Shown here: positions 53,303 to 63,202 of the stretch, one piece after another | Position numbering within the stretch: position 1 is the stretch's first letter | Layout: each line of letters begins with the position of its first letter | Origin: an uncultured Candidatus Saccharibacteria bacterium | GTDB taxonomy: Bacteria > Patescibacteriota > Minisyncoccia > Phycocordibacterales > JAKAEA01 | Length of the DNA stretch: 64,000 nucleotides | Reading direction: 5' to 3' | Assembly (NCBI GenBank): GCA_964577595.1 | Contig: CAZNZK010000001.1 | Span: 208,144-272,143 of the forward strand | Made by a program: the position numbers and the translations under genes | Notes under the pieces: generated by a model | The model's input: the letters and a program-made list of their open reading frames with translations, nothing else | Told to the model about the DNA's origin: nothing | Database searches by the model: none

Positions 53303-53577
53303 TAGTGTGAATTAGAATTAGTTGATGTTGACATACCGGCGGCGTTATTACACGCATTCTCGCATACCTGTTCTTTTGAGGAATTCTCCCCCGTCCCCGA
53401 CTCGTCGTAGACAGTTTGACAAAGCTCCACGCAATCGTTTACTGCATTAATTTGCGTTTGACTCGGGAGGTTAGCGCCAGCACTCGTAGCCCCGCCCTGC
53501 TGGCGCAAAGCTATTTCCACACCCAGTATAATGAGGATAATGACTATTATTAAAATGAAGAGTTGGTTCTTTGACAT
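53302..53577 (-). CDS. Small secreted Cys-rich protein.
   Basis: N-terminal TM LFILIIVIILIILGV. Four or more Cys in the C-terminal half. Start overlaps the upstream gene stop. Confidence 0.45.
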   Translation of the reverse strand: MSKNQLFILIIVIILIILGVEIALRQQGGATSAGANLPSQTQINAVNDCVELCQTVYDESGTGENSSKEQVCENACNNAAGMSTSTNSNSH

Positions 53578-53595
53578 ATACTACTTTAAAAAGTT

Positions 53596-53916
53596 TTAAA
53601 GATCTACAATTCTTATACAGCGAGCAATAATCATAAAAGCATACGCCCATAAAAACGGAAGCCATAACGGCATGATGCCTAGAAGCGTTCGCCGAGTGAA
53701 TGTTTCTACTCCAGTTGAAATGAAGAAGTATTCTGAAAGAAAGAGCGCAATGAAACCGAAGATGAGAAAAAATATGTCATTTTTCTGTTTTTTGACTGCT
53801 AGGGTGAGTAAAATGAGCACAACATACAGACTAGCTAAAATCAAATCATTTTGAATCAGCGGTATCAGCGCGATCATGGCCGCGATTACTACTGCGTATG
53901 CGAGGATTTTTATCAT
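53596..53916 (-). CDS. Hypothetical multi-TM membrane protein (trimmed to the internal Met MIKILAY).
   Basis: Three hydrophobic helices. Trimmed so it does not overlap the upstream ORF. Confidence 0.4.
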   Translation of the reverse strand: MIKILAYAVVIAAMIALIPLIQNDLILASLYVVLILLTLAVKKQKNDIFFLIFGFIALFLSEYFFISTGVETFTRRTLLGIMPLWLPFLWAYAFMIIARCIRIVDL

Positions 53917-53917
53917 T

Positions 53918-54313
53918 TTACTTTTGATATTCCCATTCGCCACCTCTATAATCGGCCACATGCTCTCCGTCAATCTTTCCATCGGGGTAGTATTCGGTTG
54001 CATGAATAGATGCAGTGACTCCTGTCCGTGGCGAGAGAGTTCTACTCTTATAGTCCTCTATATCTTTTATTCTTTGAAAATTATACTCGACAGTACCTCC
54101 ATTTTCTTGAGTGACCTCTATTTCATATATTTTGAAACCGTGTTCGTCGGTTTCCACCCGTAACTCCTTGAAAGGCTTTCCTTGGAGCAGTTTTTCAAAC
54201 ACAGCTTTAATCTCTTCTACTGAAGGAGTTTTTTCTTGATTGCCTTCGGCTCCTAAAGAAAGATTATTGGGTGGTTGTTCCATCATTGGGAATAGTCTAA
54301 CATATCGCCGCAT
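53918..54313 (-). CDS. Hypothetical protein.
   Basis: 131-aa ORF. No motif recognised. Confidence 0.4.
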   Translation of the reverse strand: MRRYVRLFPMMEQPPNNLSLGAEGNQEKTPSVEEIKAVFEKLLQGKPFKELRVETDEHGFKIYEIEVTQENGGTVEYNFQRIKDIEDYKSRTLSPRTGVTASIHATEYYPDGKIDGEHVADYRGGEWEYQK

Positions 54314-54714
54314 AAGAATTATGTACCGTGAAATTTTCCGAAGGCCTTTTTGTGACTATACAGAATTTCGCGAAAAAGATGTCAAGAAAGAGTGTTTTTT
54401 AAAAAAGTTGGCGTAGGACGCCTTCACTTGGGCCTAAAAAAGAAACACGAACGTATGCAGAAAAATGCATATGTTCATGTGTGGTGAAATGTGGCAGACG
54501 AGGGCTTCATATAAGCGTTTTAAAAATCTGCAATTGGCAAAAAACGTGAAAAAGCTGTTTTATGAGCGTTTTTCTGTAGGTGCCCCAAAAGACGCGTTTG
54601 AAAATATCTCGGAAAGTGAGAACGTCCTTATTATTAGGCGAAAGTATTTTTCGAAAGCGTGCCCTATCTCCTCCAGCTGAGAAAAGTACTTTCGCCGAAA
54701 AGTGGTACCCCATT

Positions 54715-56472
54715 CTAGCTCTCGCGCTTACCGTGCATGAGCATGTCTACGGCGTGTTCCATACTGCCGGCGACGATAATTTCGCCGCCGTTAACGAAGC
54801 AGATTTCATCGGCGTTGCTGATGGTGTTAAGGCGGTGAGCGATAATAACTTTAGTGGTGCTGGCCGGCAACTTCTTCAAGATTTCTTCAAGCAATTGCTC
54901 GGTGACGGTATCAATGTTGGCGGTGGCTTCATCAAGAATAAGAATTTCCGGCTTGTAGAGCACAGCGCGAATAAAGGCGATGAGCTGTTTTTGGCCCAAA
55001 CTAATACCGTCGCCGCTCGTGGTTACGACAGTGTCGAGGCCCTGTTCAAAACGCGCGAGCAAGTTGGAAAGGCCGGCCTGCTCCAAGGTTTCGCGCAATT
55101 GTTCGTTGCTGGATTCTTTGTAAGCGTCGTTACCATAGACAACATTGTCGCGAACCGTGCCGGTAAAAAGGAATGGCTCCTGTAAAATAAAACCGATCTT
55201 TTTAGTGCGCTCGGCCGGCGTGTAGGCGCGAATGTCTTTGCCATCCAAAAATACCGTGCCTTCGGTAGGGTCGTAGAGGCGGGCCATGAGCGATGCAGTG
55301 GTAGTTTTACCCCCACCCGTGGGACCAACAAGCGCGTAGGTTTTGCCCTTCTCCAGCTTGAGATTTATTTTATGCAGAACGCGAGTGCCTTCCGGGTAGA
55401 CGAACGACACGTTTTTAAATTCCATCAAAAAACGTGAGCTCGCTTGCGGCGCGTCAATAATCGGCATATCGGAATCAAGCACGAGCACTTCGGAAATGCG
55501 ATCCAGGCCGGCGAGGGCCGTTTGAAGAGAAGTCCACACCGAGGCGAGTTGTTGGAGGGGGTTGTAGAAGTTGGTGACATAGAGCAAGAAGCCAATGAGC
55601 AAGCCCACCGTAAGCTGGCCGGCGGAAATGAGGTAAATACCGTAGGAAAGCACAATGAGCTGGCCGAGGTTGGCGGCCAAAGTGTAGAGCGGCGTAAAAA
55701 TGTTGTTGGCCAAGCCAGCCCGAACGCCAGCCTTGAAATTGCGCTGATTAGCCCCGCTAAATTTTTGGCGGAAATAATCAAGGCGATTAAACGCGACCAC
55801 CACTTTGAAATTTTGAATGTTTTCCTGAATTTCCGCGCTTAAGCCGCCCAAGCTCTGCAAAGCCGTCAGGTTTTTACGCTTAACCCAACTGGAAAGCGCA
55901 CGAGTAATAATGAAAACAATGAGCGCCGGCACCAGCGCCGCCGCGCCGAGGCGAATATTGAGCGCCAACAGGAAAATGCCCGCGCCGAGAATCAAAAAGA
56001 AATTGCGCATAAATTGCATCAGGGCCTGCGAGAAAAACTGATTGAGCTGATCAGTGTCGTTATTGATGCGGGAAATGAGGTCACCAGCTTTATTTTGATT
56101 GAAAAAGGCTACCGGTAATTCCTGCAGTTTCGTAAACACAGCATTGCGCAAATTGAAAAGCACGTGGCGGCCAACCGTACCCATGCGCAGGGTTTGAATA
56201 TAGCTGGAAACAAGGCCGGCAATATAGACCAGAGCCAGAAGGCCGGAATACATTAAAACGCCCTGGAAATCGTGCGTTTGAACGAAGTGGTCTATGGTGT
56301 AGCCGATAATAAGCGGTGCCACCAAAGCCGAGCCGGACGTGATGAAAATGGCGATAAAAGCCACAATAAGGTTGTTCCGCTCCCCCGCCAAAAAAGGCAC
56401 GATTCTTTTAATGGCGAGTGCGATGCTCGTTTTGCGCTCGTGTTTTGCGGTTTGATTAAGCTCGTACTTCAT
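54715..56472 (-). CDS. ABC exporter fused permease/ATPase (MsbA-like), partner 2 of a heterodimeric pair.
   Basis: 6-TM domain plus NBD with Walker A GPTGGGKTT, signature LSGGQKQ (ISLGQKQLIAF variant), Walker B ILILDEATANID. Confidence 0.85.
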   Translation of the reverse strand: MKYELNQTAKHERKTSIALAIKRIVPFLAGERNNLIVAFIAIFITSGSALVAPLIIGYTIDHFVQTHDFQGVLMYSGLLALVYIAGLVSSYIQTLRMGTVGRHVLFNLRNAVFTKLQELPVAFFNQNKAGDLISRINNDTDQLNQFFSQALMQFMRNFFLILGAGIFLLALNIRLGAAALVPALIVFIITRALSSWVKRKNLTALQSLGGLSAEIQENIQNFKVVVAFNRLDYFRQKFSGANQRNFKAGVRAGLANNIFTPLYTLAANLGQLIVLSYGIYLISAGQLTVGLLIGFLLYVTNFYNPLQQLASVWTSLQTALAGLDRISEVLVLDSDMPIIDAPQASSRFLMEFKNVSFVYPEGTRVLHKINLKLEKGKTYALVGPTGGGKTTTASLMARLYDPTEGTVFLDGKDIRAYTPAERTKKIGFILQEPFLFTGTVRDNVVYGNDAYKESSNEQLRETLEQAGLSNLLARFEQGLDTVVTTSGDGISLGQKQLIAFIRAVLYKPEILILDEATANIDTVTEQLLEEILKKLPASTTKVIIAHRLNTISNADEICFVNGGEIIVAGSMEHAVDMLMHGKRES

Positions 56473-58183
56473 AATTGTTGGTGCTTTGCTGTGAATTAAA
56501 AATTTGCACGTATTCCGGCGAGCTTGCCATGAGCTCCTGATGCGTGCCCCGCGCCAAAATTTCGCCTTCCATCAGCAGAATGATTTGGTCGTAGTTTTCA
56601 ACCGGCGCGATTTTCTGGGTTACGGAAATGAGCGTGAGGCCCGGATAATTTTTGGCCACATTGCCGAGAATTTTTCGTTCGGTGTTGCCATCGACGCGCG
56701 CGGTGAAATCATCCAAAAGCAACACTTTTGGATTAAGCGCCAAAGCCCGGGCCAGCATGATGCGCTGTTTTTGGCCGCCGGAAAGGCTGGTGCCACGCTC
56801 ACTGGCAATGGTGTCCAACCCTTTCGGCAAAGCGCTGACGAAATCGGCAAGCTCGGCCGTAGCAATGGCTTTTTTAAGATCGTCGTCCTTCACCGTATTA
56901 CTGAAAGCGATGTTTTCACGAAGCGACAAATTAAACATACTGCTGTCCTGAAAAACGAAACCAACCTGCGAGTGTAATGTCTCCTTGCTGTAGGCGTCAA
57001 TATCCTTGCCATCATATTGCACCACACCGGAAATTGGCGGCAGAAGACCGATGAGTAAATAGAGCAATTGCGTTTTGCCGGCGGCTGTTGGGCCGATGAT
57101 GGCCGTTTTTGTACCTGCCTTAACCACGAAAGAAACATCTTTAAGAATATTTTTCTGACCGATAGTGAGCGTGACATTTTCAAAGGCCACGTCGCCATGC
57201 AAGCGGACCTTGTGAGTGCCGCTATCCTTGCGGGGCGGAGCATTAAGCACTTGGCCGATACGCGCGTAGGAAGCCGTGGCCTGAGCGATAACGTTGCTCA
57301 TGAAGCCGAGAATTAAAATCGGCAAAATGAGAATGATGAGATAGTTATTGAAAGCGCTGAAATTGCCCAGAGTCATCGTGCCGTTGATAACATAGTGGCC
57401 GCCGAGCACCAAAATAATGAGCGTAGCCAGGTTGGTACAAAACGTGATGACCGGAATAAGCGTGGCGAAAAGTCGCAAAATACTCATACCAATACTCATT
57501 GCTTCGTTATTGGCTCCTAGAAATTTTTGATATTCGTAGTGGCGAGAATTAAGCAAGCGAATAAGCGCGGCACCTAAAATACTTTCGTTAATGACTTTAT
57601 TCAAGCGGTCAATGGCCTCCTGCGAGCGGGTAAAAAGCTTGCGCACCCGCTTCAACACCACATAGAACGTTCCGCCGATAATAGGGACTATCACCAGCAC
57701 CGCCAATGCGAGCCGCCAATCGATGAGCAGAAGAAGCACGCTCGCGCCGACAATCAGAAAAATTGAAGAAATGATGGAAGCCACCGCTTGCGACACGAAG
57801 TTTTTGACCGCATCCACGTCGGAAGTGAGATTGGTTAAAAGCTTGGCCGGCGTCACCTGCTGTATATAGGAGTAATCCTGCAACGAAACGCGTGCCGTGA
57901 GCTTACTGCGCAAGTCGCGAGCTACCCGCTCGGCCGCAAAGGTTTGCACCACGCTCTGTAAATAGGTGAATATGAAAATTGCCGCGGCAATAAGCGCGAA
58001 TTCCGTCACTACGGCGCTCAACACAAAACCGCCCTTTGTATACGTATCAATTGCGCTCCCGATAATTTTCGGCACCCACAGGGTGAGCGCGTTAGCGGCG
58101 ATAGTCAAAACCACCAACGCACTGATGATGGCCGCGTTCTGTTTTAAGAGACCGATGAGTCCTGTGGAATTTTTCTCCGGCAT
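56456..58183 (-). CDS. ABC exporter fused permease/ATPase, partner 1. Overlaps the downstream partner by 17 nt.
   Basis: 6-TM domain. Walker A GPTAAGKTQ, signature LSGGQKQRIMLARAL, Walker B LLLDDFTARVD. Confidence 0.85.
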   Translation of the reverse strand: MPEKNSTGLIGLLKQNAAIISALVVLTIAANALTLWVPKIIGSAIDTYTKGGFVLSAVVTEFALIAAAIFIFTYLQSVVQTFAAERVARDLRSKLTARVSLQDYSYIQQVTPAKLLTNLTSDVDAVKNFVSQAVASIISSIFLIVGASVLLLLIDWRLALAVLVIVPIIGGTFYVVLKRVRKLFTRSQEAIDRLNKVINESILGAALIRLLNSRHYEYQKFLGANNEAMSIGMSILRLFATLIPVITFCTNLATLIILVLGGHYVINGTMTLGNFSAFNNYLIILILPILILGFMSNVIAQATASYARIGQVLNAPPRKDSGTHKVRLHGDVAFENVTLTIGQKNILKDVSFVVKAGTKTAIIGPTAAGKTQLLYLLIGLLPPISGVVQYDGKDIDAYSKETLHSQVGFVFQDSSMFNLSLRENIAFSNTVKDDDLKKAIATAELADFVSALPKGLDTIASERGTSLSGGQKQRIMLARALALNPKVLLLDDFTARVDGNTERKILGNVAKNYPGLTLISVTQKIAPVENYDQIILLMEGEILARGTHQELMASSPEYVQIFNSQQSTNNYEVRA

Positions 58184-58223
58184 CAGAAAGAGAGTATACC
58201 AGAATTATTGCCAAAAATCTTGG

Positions 58224-58781
58224 CTATTTTCTCATCCACATCGGCTTCTTTTTTGCGATTTTCGCATAAACAGCGCAACTCGGCACATGGGCGCCACGCA
58301 GATAGCCAATACTCATGAGAAATTCATTAACGATTTCCCCGCCCGTAAATTTGAAAGTCTTTTTAAACAGCTTTACCCAGCCTTCTTTTGAGAGCCCGTG
58401 GTTATGTTCAAGCCATTTTTGAAATGAACCATATTCTTTCTGAAGAGCCAGTATCGCCTTGGCATTCTCAATGGCCGCATTAATTTTGAGGCGATTGCGA
58501 ATAATGCCCGCATCATTCATAAGCCGCTTCCGGTTGGCAGCGGTATACGCCGCCACTTTTTTTATATTGAAATTATCATAGGCCGCCCTGAACGCGTCCT
58601 GCTTTTTCAAAATAGTTTCCCAACTTAAGCCGGCCTGATTTATTTCCAACACTAGGCGGCCAAAAAGTTCATTGTCGTCGTGTATAGGAAAACCATACTG
58701 CAAATCGTGATACGCCTTATGCAAAGCCTTTCTTGGCTCCAGCATATTTTCAATTGCATCGCAGTATGACATTTCAATCAC
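58224..58781 (-). CDS. tag: DNA-3-methyladenine glycosylase I.
   Basis: YHD.EWG.P..DD..LFE.L.LE..QAGLSW.TIL.K motif (AYHDLQYGFPIHDDNELFGRLVLEINQAGLSWETILKK). Cys/His zinc-site residues at the C-terminus. Confidence 0.85.
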   Translation of the reverse strand: MIEMSYCDAIENMLEPRKALHKAYHDLQYGFPIHDDNELFGRLVLEINQAGLSWETILKKQDAFRAAYDNFNIKKVAAYTAANRKRLMNDAGIIRNRLKINAAIENAKAILALQKEYGSFQKWLEHNHGLSKEGWVKLFKKTFKFTGGEIVNEFLMSIGYLRGAHVPSCAVYAKIAKKKPMWMRK

Positions 58782-59254
58782 GCCGTCGCCTCCATTTTAG
58801 CCAGAATACGATTAACCGTTTTCCAGGTGCGGCTGGTAATTGCCTTGCCGTGAGCACGCTCCAGGTCAACCATGAATTGGGGAGTTTTCGCGCCCTCCAA
58901 ATTAATAGCACTGCACAATTCAGGCCGCCGATCCTTGAAAAAAGTAATCAGCAAATAATTGGGCTTTTTGTCCTCCACGCCCTTATACGGATTTTTCTTC
59001 ACCAGCGCCTCAAGTTCTACCCGGCTGCGCACAATGGCAATTCGGCTAAAACCGAGTTTGAGAGGCATTTCTTTTTCTATTTTCGCTTCAAGCGTCGCGG
59101 CATTAGCGCTCCCCGACTCAAATATCACATTGCCACTGGCAATCACCGGATGCACATTTTTAAACCCCAGCCCTTTTAAAAGGCCAGCAAGTTTTTCCCC
59201 AGTCATATTCGGATTCCCCGGGCCAATGCCCCGCAACAACGCGACGTAGTTCAT
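58778..59254 (-). CDS. DUF1697-family protein.
   Basis: N-terminal LLRGIGPGN..M...L..LL..LGF.NV...IASGNVIF pattern typical of DUF1697. Confidence 0.7.
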   Translation of the reverse strand: MNYVALLRGIGPGNPNMTGEKLAGLLKGLGFKNVHPVIASGNVIFESGSANAATLEAKIEKEMPLKLGFSRIAIVRSRVELEALVKKNPYKGVEDKKPNYLLITFFKDRRPELCSAINLEGAKTPQFMVDLERAHGKAITSRTWKTVNRILAKMEATA

Positions 59255-59276
59255 GCAGAAAAATCTGCTTATTTGA

Positions 59277-59438
59277 AGGCGAAAGCCAGCAACACGATAG
59301 TTAGAGCATTAAGAATCACCAATACCGCGACGAGTGTTGTTTTTGACCCGACCGCATTGGGATTGATTAATATAAAAACCGTGTAAATTATTGCAACAAT
59401 CGCTGCTCCCAAAAAGTTTCCTTTTATCATATATTTAT
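59277..59438 (-). CDS. Possible 53-aa two-TM membrane peptide (not in the ORF track).
   Basis: Manual translation gives MIKGNFLGAAIVAIIYTVFILINPNAVGSKTTLVAVLVILNALTIVLLAFAFK*. Purely hydrophobic, so it could be fortuitous. Confidence 0.3.
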
Positions 59439-59516
59439 AATGACACTTATAAACCCGCCAACCTTACAGGAAGTATAGCAGACTTACCGAGAGTATTCTG
59501 TGCTAGTATAGCGCCC

Positions 59517-60809
59517 ATGGAAGACACACTCTGGGATGTGGCTGTAGTTGGCGGCGGGCCGGCCGGCATGATGGCAGCTGGGCGGGCGGCGGAAAAAGGC
59601 GCTAAGGTCATTTTGCTGGAAAAAAATGAGTCCCTCGGAAAGAAACTGCTCATAACCGGAGGAGGGCGTTGCAATGTCACCAATGCCGAGGAGGATACGC
59701 GGAAACTTCTTGAGCAATTTAAGGATGCCGGAAAATTTCTTTTTTCGGCTTTTTCGCAATGGGGCGTACCAAATACGCTCCGCTTTTTTCACACCAGAGA
59801 TATGCCAACAAAAGTTGAAAAGGGATTGCGGGTTTTCCCCGTAACCAACCGCTCCCAGTCGGTATGGGATGTGCTGGTGGGGTATATTCGGAAAAATAAC
59901 GTGGTTATTCTTTCACAGTCTCCGGTTACCGGCATTGCCACCGAGAGCGCCGCAAACGAAAATGCCGGCACAAACGGCAAAAAAGTAATCGGTGTTATTT
60001 TAAAGAATAAAAAGGTAATCCGCGCCAACTCGGTGATTATTGCCACCGGGGGCACATCCCGCCCGGAAACGGGTTCCACCGGCGATGCCTATGCGTGGCT
60101 CAGAAAAATTGGCCACACCGTTATAGAGCCAGAGCCTTCTCTGGTGCCCCTTAAAGTTAAGGATGCCTGGGCAAAGCGCCTGGCGGGAGTAAGCTTAACC
60201 GATATAAAACTGACCCTTTTCCAAAATGACGTGAAGCAGGATACGAAAAAAGGCAAAATTCTCTTCACCCACATTGGCATAAGCGGCCCAACGATACTTA
60301 ATATGAGCAAGGATGTCGGTGAACTTTTGAAATATGGCGACGTAACCGTTTCGCTGGACATCCTCCCCACCCTTGACTATGGCCAGCTCAACCTCCGCCT
60401 GCAGGAGCTTTTCAAGGAGCACGACAAAAAGAAATTAAAAAATGCTCTCGGCGGTTTGGTGCCCTCGGCCATCATTGATATCGTCGTTGAGCTCTCCAGC
60501 ATCAACCCCGACGCCTCGTGCAATAGCGTCAGCCGCGACGAGCGCCTCCGGCTGGTGAAAGTATTAAAAGACATTCCCATTCACATTGACTCCCTCTTGG
60601 GAGTGGAGAAAGCCATCATAACCAGCGGCGGCGTCATCCTTGATGAAGTTGATTTTAAAACGATGCGCTCTCGCCTATTCCCCAACCTCTACCTCGTCGG
60701 CGATATTCTCAATATTGACCGCCCCTCCGGCGGCTATAGCCTGCAACTCTGCTGGACCACCGGCTTTGTGGCCGGAGAACATGCCGGGCCAACGCTAAAA
60801 CACTTATAA
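59517..60809 (+). CDS. HI0933/BaiN-family FAD-dependent oxidoreductase (aminoacetone-oxidase-like flavoprotein). True start at the internal Met MEDTLWDV.
   Basis: Dinucleotide-binding DVAVVGGGPAGMMAA. GGGRCNVTN motif diagnostic of the HI0933 family. Confidence 0.8.
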   Translation: MEDTLWDVAVVGGGPAGMMAAGRAAEKGAKVILLEKNESLGKKLLITGGGRCNVTNAEEDTRKLLEQFKDAGKFLFSAFSQWGVPNTLRFFHTRDMPTKVEKGLRVFPVTNRSQSVWDVLVGYIRKNNVVILSQSPVTGIATESAANENAGTNGKKVIGVILKNKKVIRANSVIIATGGTSRPETGSTGDAYAWLRKIGHTVIEPEPSLVPLKVKDAWAKRLAGVSLTDIKLTLFQNDVKQDTKKGKILFTHIGISGPTILNMSKDVGELLKYGDVTVSLDILPTLDYGQLNLRLQELFKEHDKKKLKNALGGLVPSAIIDIVVELSSINPDASCNSVSRDERLRLVKVLKDIPIHIDSLLGVEKAIITSGGVILDEVDFKTMRSRLFPNLYLVGDILNIDRPSGGYSLQLCWTTGFVAGEHAGPTLKHL

Positions 60810-61292
60810 AATTTTCTCTGGTTTTAAATTTTCCTGAAGCATCGTGAGTAACTTCTCAACCGGTCTACGATTAGGAGGTAAGTTGGTAGGCAAAAACCAT
60901 TGTGCCTCAATGATTTCTATATTGTCAATCTTGAAATCAAACGACGCAACAGACGAATAGAATACAGCCACAGTATCTCTCTTATGTTCCATTATGTTTT
61001 TATATTCTCCAATGTTCTTAATAGCGTCTAAACGTATACCCACTTCTTCAAAAACCTCTCGTCGAATAGCTGTTTCCCAACTTTCGTTTCTCTTAACTCC
61101 CCCGCCAGGAACAGTCCATAGTTTGTGAGCATAACCAAGCCGAGTCAATAAAAAATGCCCACGACATTCAATAAGACATTTCACTCCGCGTGTTTGTGGC
61201 CGAAAAATATACCAATAGAGTCTTCGAAAAGGATTAATGAGGGTATACCACGTGCGAATACAAATCTTGTACATAGTGTGAATATACCACAT
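60804..61292 (-). CDS. NUDIX hydrolase.
   Basis: Nudix box GGGVKRNESWETAIRREVFEEVGIRL. Confidence 0.8.
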   Translation of the reverse strand: MWYIHTMYKICIRTWYTLINPFRRLYWYIFRPQTRGVKCLIECRGHFLLTRLGYAHKLWTVPGGGVKRNESWETAIRREVFEEVGIRLDAIKNIGEYKNIMEHKRDTVAVFYSSVASFDFKIDNIEIIEAQWFLPTNLPPNRRPVEKLLTMLQENLKPEKIL

Positions 61293-61302
61293 CTAAATTT
61301 AC

Positions 61303-61340
61303 GGGCTGGCCGTGTTGGACGGTATCCGAACTATTTAAAG
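61303..61340. repeat. Intergenic repeat copy A (GGGCTGGCCGTGTTGGACGGTATCCGAACTATTTAAAG).
   Basis: Shares at least 30 of 34 nt with the copy at 62703..62740. Occupies the whole gap between one gene's stop and the next gene's start. Confidence 0.5.
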
Positions 61341-62038
61341 CCAACCTGAGCTGAAAATCTACGAATAGCACCGATTGCCATGCCTTGTTCAGGCGTCGCA
61401 ACAGTTTCCAAATTCTTCAGCATTTCATTGAGCGTTTTTAGAGAATTTACATTTTCGACAGCAGGAAGTTGTGGAAATAGGTCTTTTTTCATATTCACGT
61501 ATTCAGATACCAGAAATGGCATGAAATCTGGGTCTTTTCTCACAATTTTTTTGATTGCCACGAAACACATACAAATCACAAAACTCAGCTTATCACTAGG
61601 ATCCTTTTTAGTACGCTTCGGGTCATACACCATCTTCCCCTTTTGAATTGGCGTTTTTCCAAAGAGAACAATCGCCCCATCATCAACCCGAGAAGACGAC
61701 AACGGGCAGAAAAAATAATCCACCTGTAAAAGCCCGGCTGGTGTATCATAAATAACCAAGGAATAATTTCCACCAAGCGGGAAATTTTGCTGTGCCTCGT
61801 GGCATATCAGAATTGTTCCGAAACGCTTGTATATTTCAAACCGATTTTTAATGGACTCTTGAATTTCGTCATCTTTGAAAGTAACCCAGACATCGATGTC
61901 ACTCAACGCATCCCCATCGCCCCTAGCGAGAGAGCCGAACACGTGCCCCTCTAGAGCCTTATCGGTGAAGAAATTAGTAATTACAGAAAGCGTTTGCTCA
62001 CGCGTCTCAATCAGTTTTTTACTCAGTTCTGGTTTCAT
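61331..62038 (-). CDS. Nucleotidyltransferase-fold protein resembling ANT/Lnu-type antibiotic nucleotidyltransferases.
   Basis: GHVFGSLARGDGDALSDIDVWVTF, the minimal NTase motif hGS..xG.....SDhDh. Similar to LinB-type N-termini by eye. Confidence 0.6.
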   Translation of the reverse strand: MKPELSKKLIETREQTLSVITNFFTDKALEGHVFGSLARGDGDALSDIDVWVTFKDDEIQESIKNRFEIYKRFGTILICHEAQQNFPLGGNYSLVIYDTPAGLLQVDYFFCPLSSSRVDDGAIVLFGKTPIQKGKMVYDPKRTKKDPSDKLSFVICMCFVAIKKIVRKDPDFMPFLVSEYVNMKKDLFPQLPAVENVNSLKTLNEMLKNLETVATPEQGMAIGAIRRFSAQVGFK

Positions 62039-62050
62039 AAATTTTAATGT

Positions 62051-62680
62051 CTACACAATGCCCTGCCACACAATATTAATGTCATGCGTTTTCTGCCACT
62101 GTTCTTTCATTATGTTTCTTAATTCTTGGTGCTGAGGATACCCTCTATCAATCTCTCCAGCCATTAAATCGGCACACGTCTCATTGAGCAATACTGATAA
62201 CGCTTCTTTTTTGTCGTTATATTTTGCGTCGCCGAGTTTCTTTGCATCACCACCAAATTTATACCATGTATAAAAATGCCAAAGCTCGTGCATGGCTATT
62301 TGGTTAGCGTTCTTTTTTGTGGATACGTAAAAGAAGTTTTGATCGATATTGTATGGATATCTGCCGGTGATAGTCACAAAAGCAGTAATATTGTTTTCAA
62401 TTTTTACATCGAACACCTCTTCAGCCCTCTTTTCATATGCTTCGGCTACCGTGTCCCAATTACCCTGAAGTTGTGCCACTACCGCGCTCATCTCAATATT
62501 ATTGTCTTGAATATATTTTCTCACGAACTCCCGTACCTTTTCCTTGTTAGTAATATCAGACGTGAACGCCAAAAGCGCCTCATATGTTTTTGTCTTATTT
62601 GGTGAGTTTTGAGAACCTGCCCCTTTTGAAAGAAGACACTCTATATCCTTATTTTCGTCGTAGGTAAAATGGATTTTCAT
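62051..62680 (-). CDS. Hypothetical protein with an HExxH motif (possible zinc metallopeptidase-like). The track ORF used a TTG start inside the upstream repeat; the ATG start is at 62680.
   Basis: NANQIAMHELWHFYTWYKF contains HELWH. No further family assignment. Confidence 0.45.
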   Translation of the reverse strand: MKIHFTYDENKDIECLLSKGAGSQNSPNKTKTYEALLAFTSDITNKEKVREFVRKYIQDNNIEMSAVVAQLQGNWDTVAEAYEKRAEEVFDVKIENNITAFVTITGRYPYNIDQNFFYVSTKKNANQIAMHELWHFYTWYKFGGDAKKLGDAKYNDKKEALSVLLNETCADLMAGEIDRGYPQHQELRNIMKEQWQKTHDINIVWQGIV

Positions 62681-62702
62681 AAAATATACTGTGAAAAAGT
62701 GG

Positions 62703-62740
62703 GGGCTGGCCGCGTGGGACGGTATCCGAACTATTTTAAG
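62703..62740. repeat. Intergenic repeat copy B (GGGCTGGCCGCGTGGGACGGTATCCGAACTATTTTAAG).
   Basis: Near-identical to copy A, and in the same position relative to the gene start. Confidence 0.5.
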
Positions 62741-62751
62741 CAACGAATCCT

Positions 62752-63165
62752 CTATTTGAGCCCGCTTTTAATATATTCCAAGATCATTTCAACGTCTTTT
62801 AAATGCTTTGGTTTATTATACGCCTTCTTAAATTTTATAGTATCGTCAAGACTGGCGAATGGAATGTCTTTAATAATATCTGCCTGACCACGAAGTTCGG
62901 AAAATGTCGGATTGAAATCTTTGCAATTTACATCAAGATATAGTTCTATATTGTCTTTTTTTAAATAAACCTGCCCAATTTTTTCATACGTCCAGGGTAT
63001 TTGTTCCCAATGTTCATTTTTACTCTTTTCAAAAAGTTTTGGGGTAACAACGATATCTATGTCATTCGTCATTCGTAACCCCCGTGCGACAATGGGGCCG
63101 CTGCCGACGATCACATATTGATCTGGTGGAAAATTAAGTTTTTTTATTTCTTCAAAAATTTTCAT
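62752..63165 (-). CDS. Small nucleotidyltransferase-fold protein (hypothetical).
   Basis: YVIVGSGPIVARGLRMTNDIDIVV fits the GS...D.D NTase signature. Confidence 0.5.
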   Translation of the reverse strand: MKIFEEIKKLNFPPDQYVIVGSGPIVARGLRMTNDIDIVVTPKLFEKSKNEHWEQIPWTYEKIGQVYLKKDNIELYLDVNCKDFNPTFSELRGQADIIKDIPFASLDDTIKFKKAYNKPKHLKDVEMILEYIKSGLK

Positions 63166-63172
63166 TGTTGGT

Positions 63173-63200
63173 CGGCTGGCCGTGTGGTACGAAGTTGGAA
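63173..63200. repeat. Intergenic repeat copy C (degenerate: GGCTGGCCGTGTGGTACGAAGTTGGAAC).
   Basis: The first 12 nt are identical to copies A and B; the rest is about 60% identical. Same inter-gene position. Confidence 0.4.
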
Positions 63201-63202
63201 CT

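Noticed and set aside
62681-62743. N-terminal extension of ORF 62051..62743 (MLKIVRIPSHAASPHFFTVYF...)
   Set aside because: The extension starts at a TTG inside the intergenic repeat and merely translates the repeat. An ATG start at 62680 with MKIHFTYDE is more plausible.
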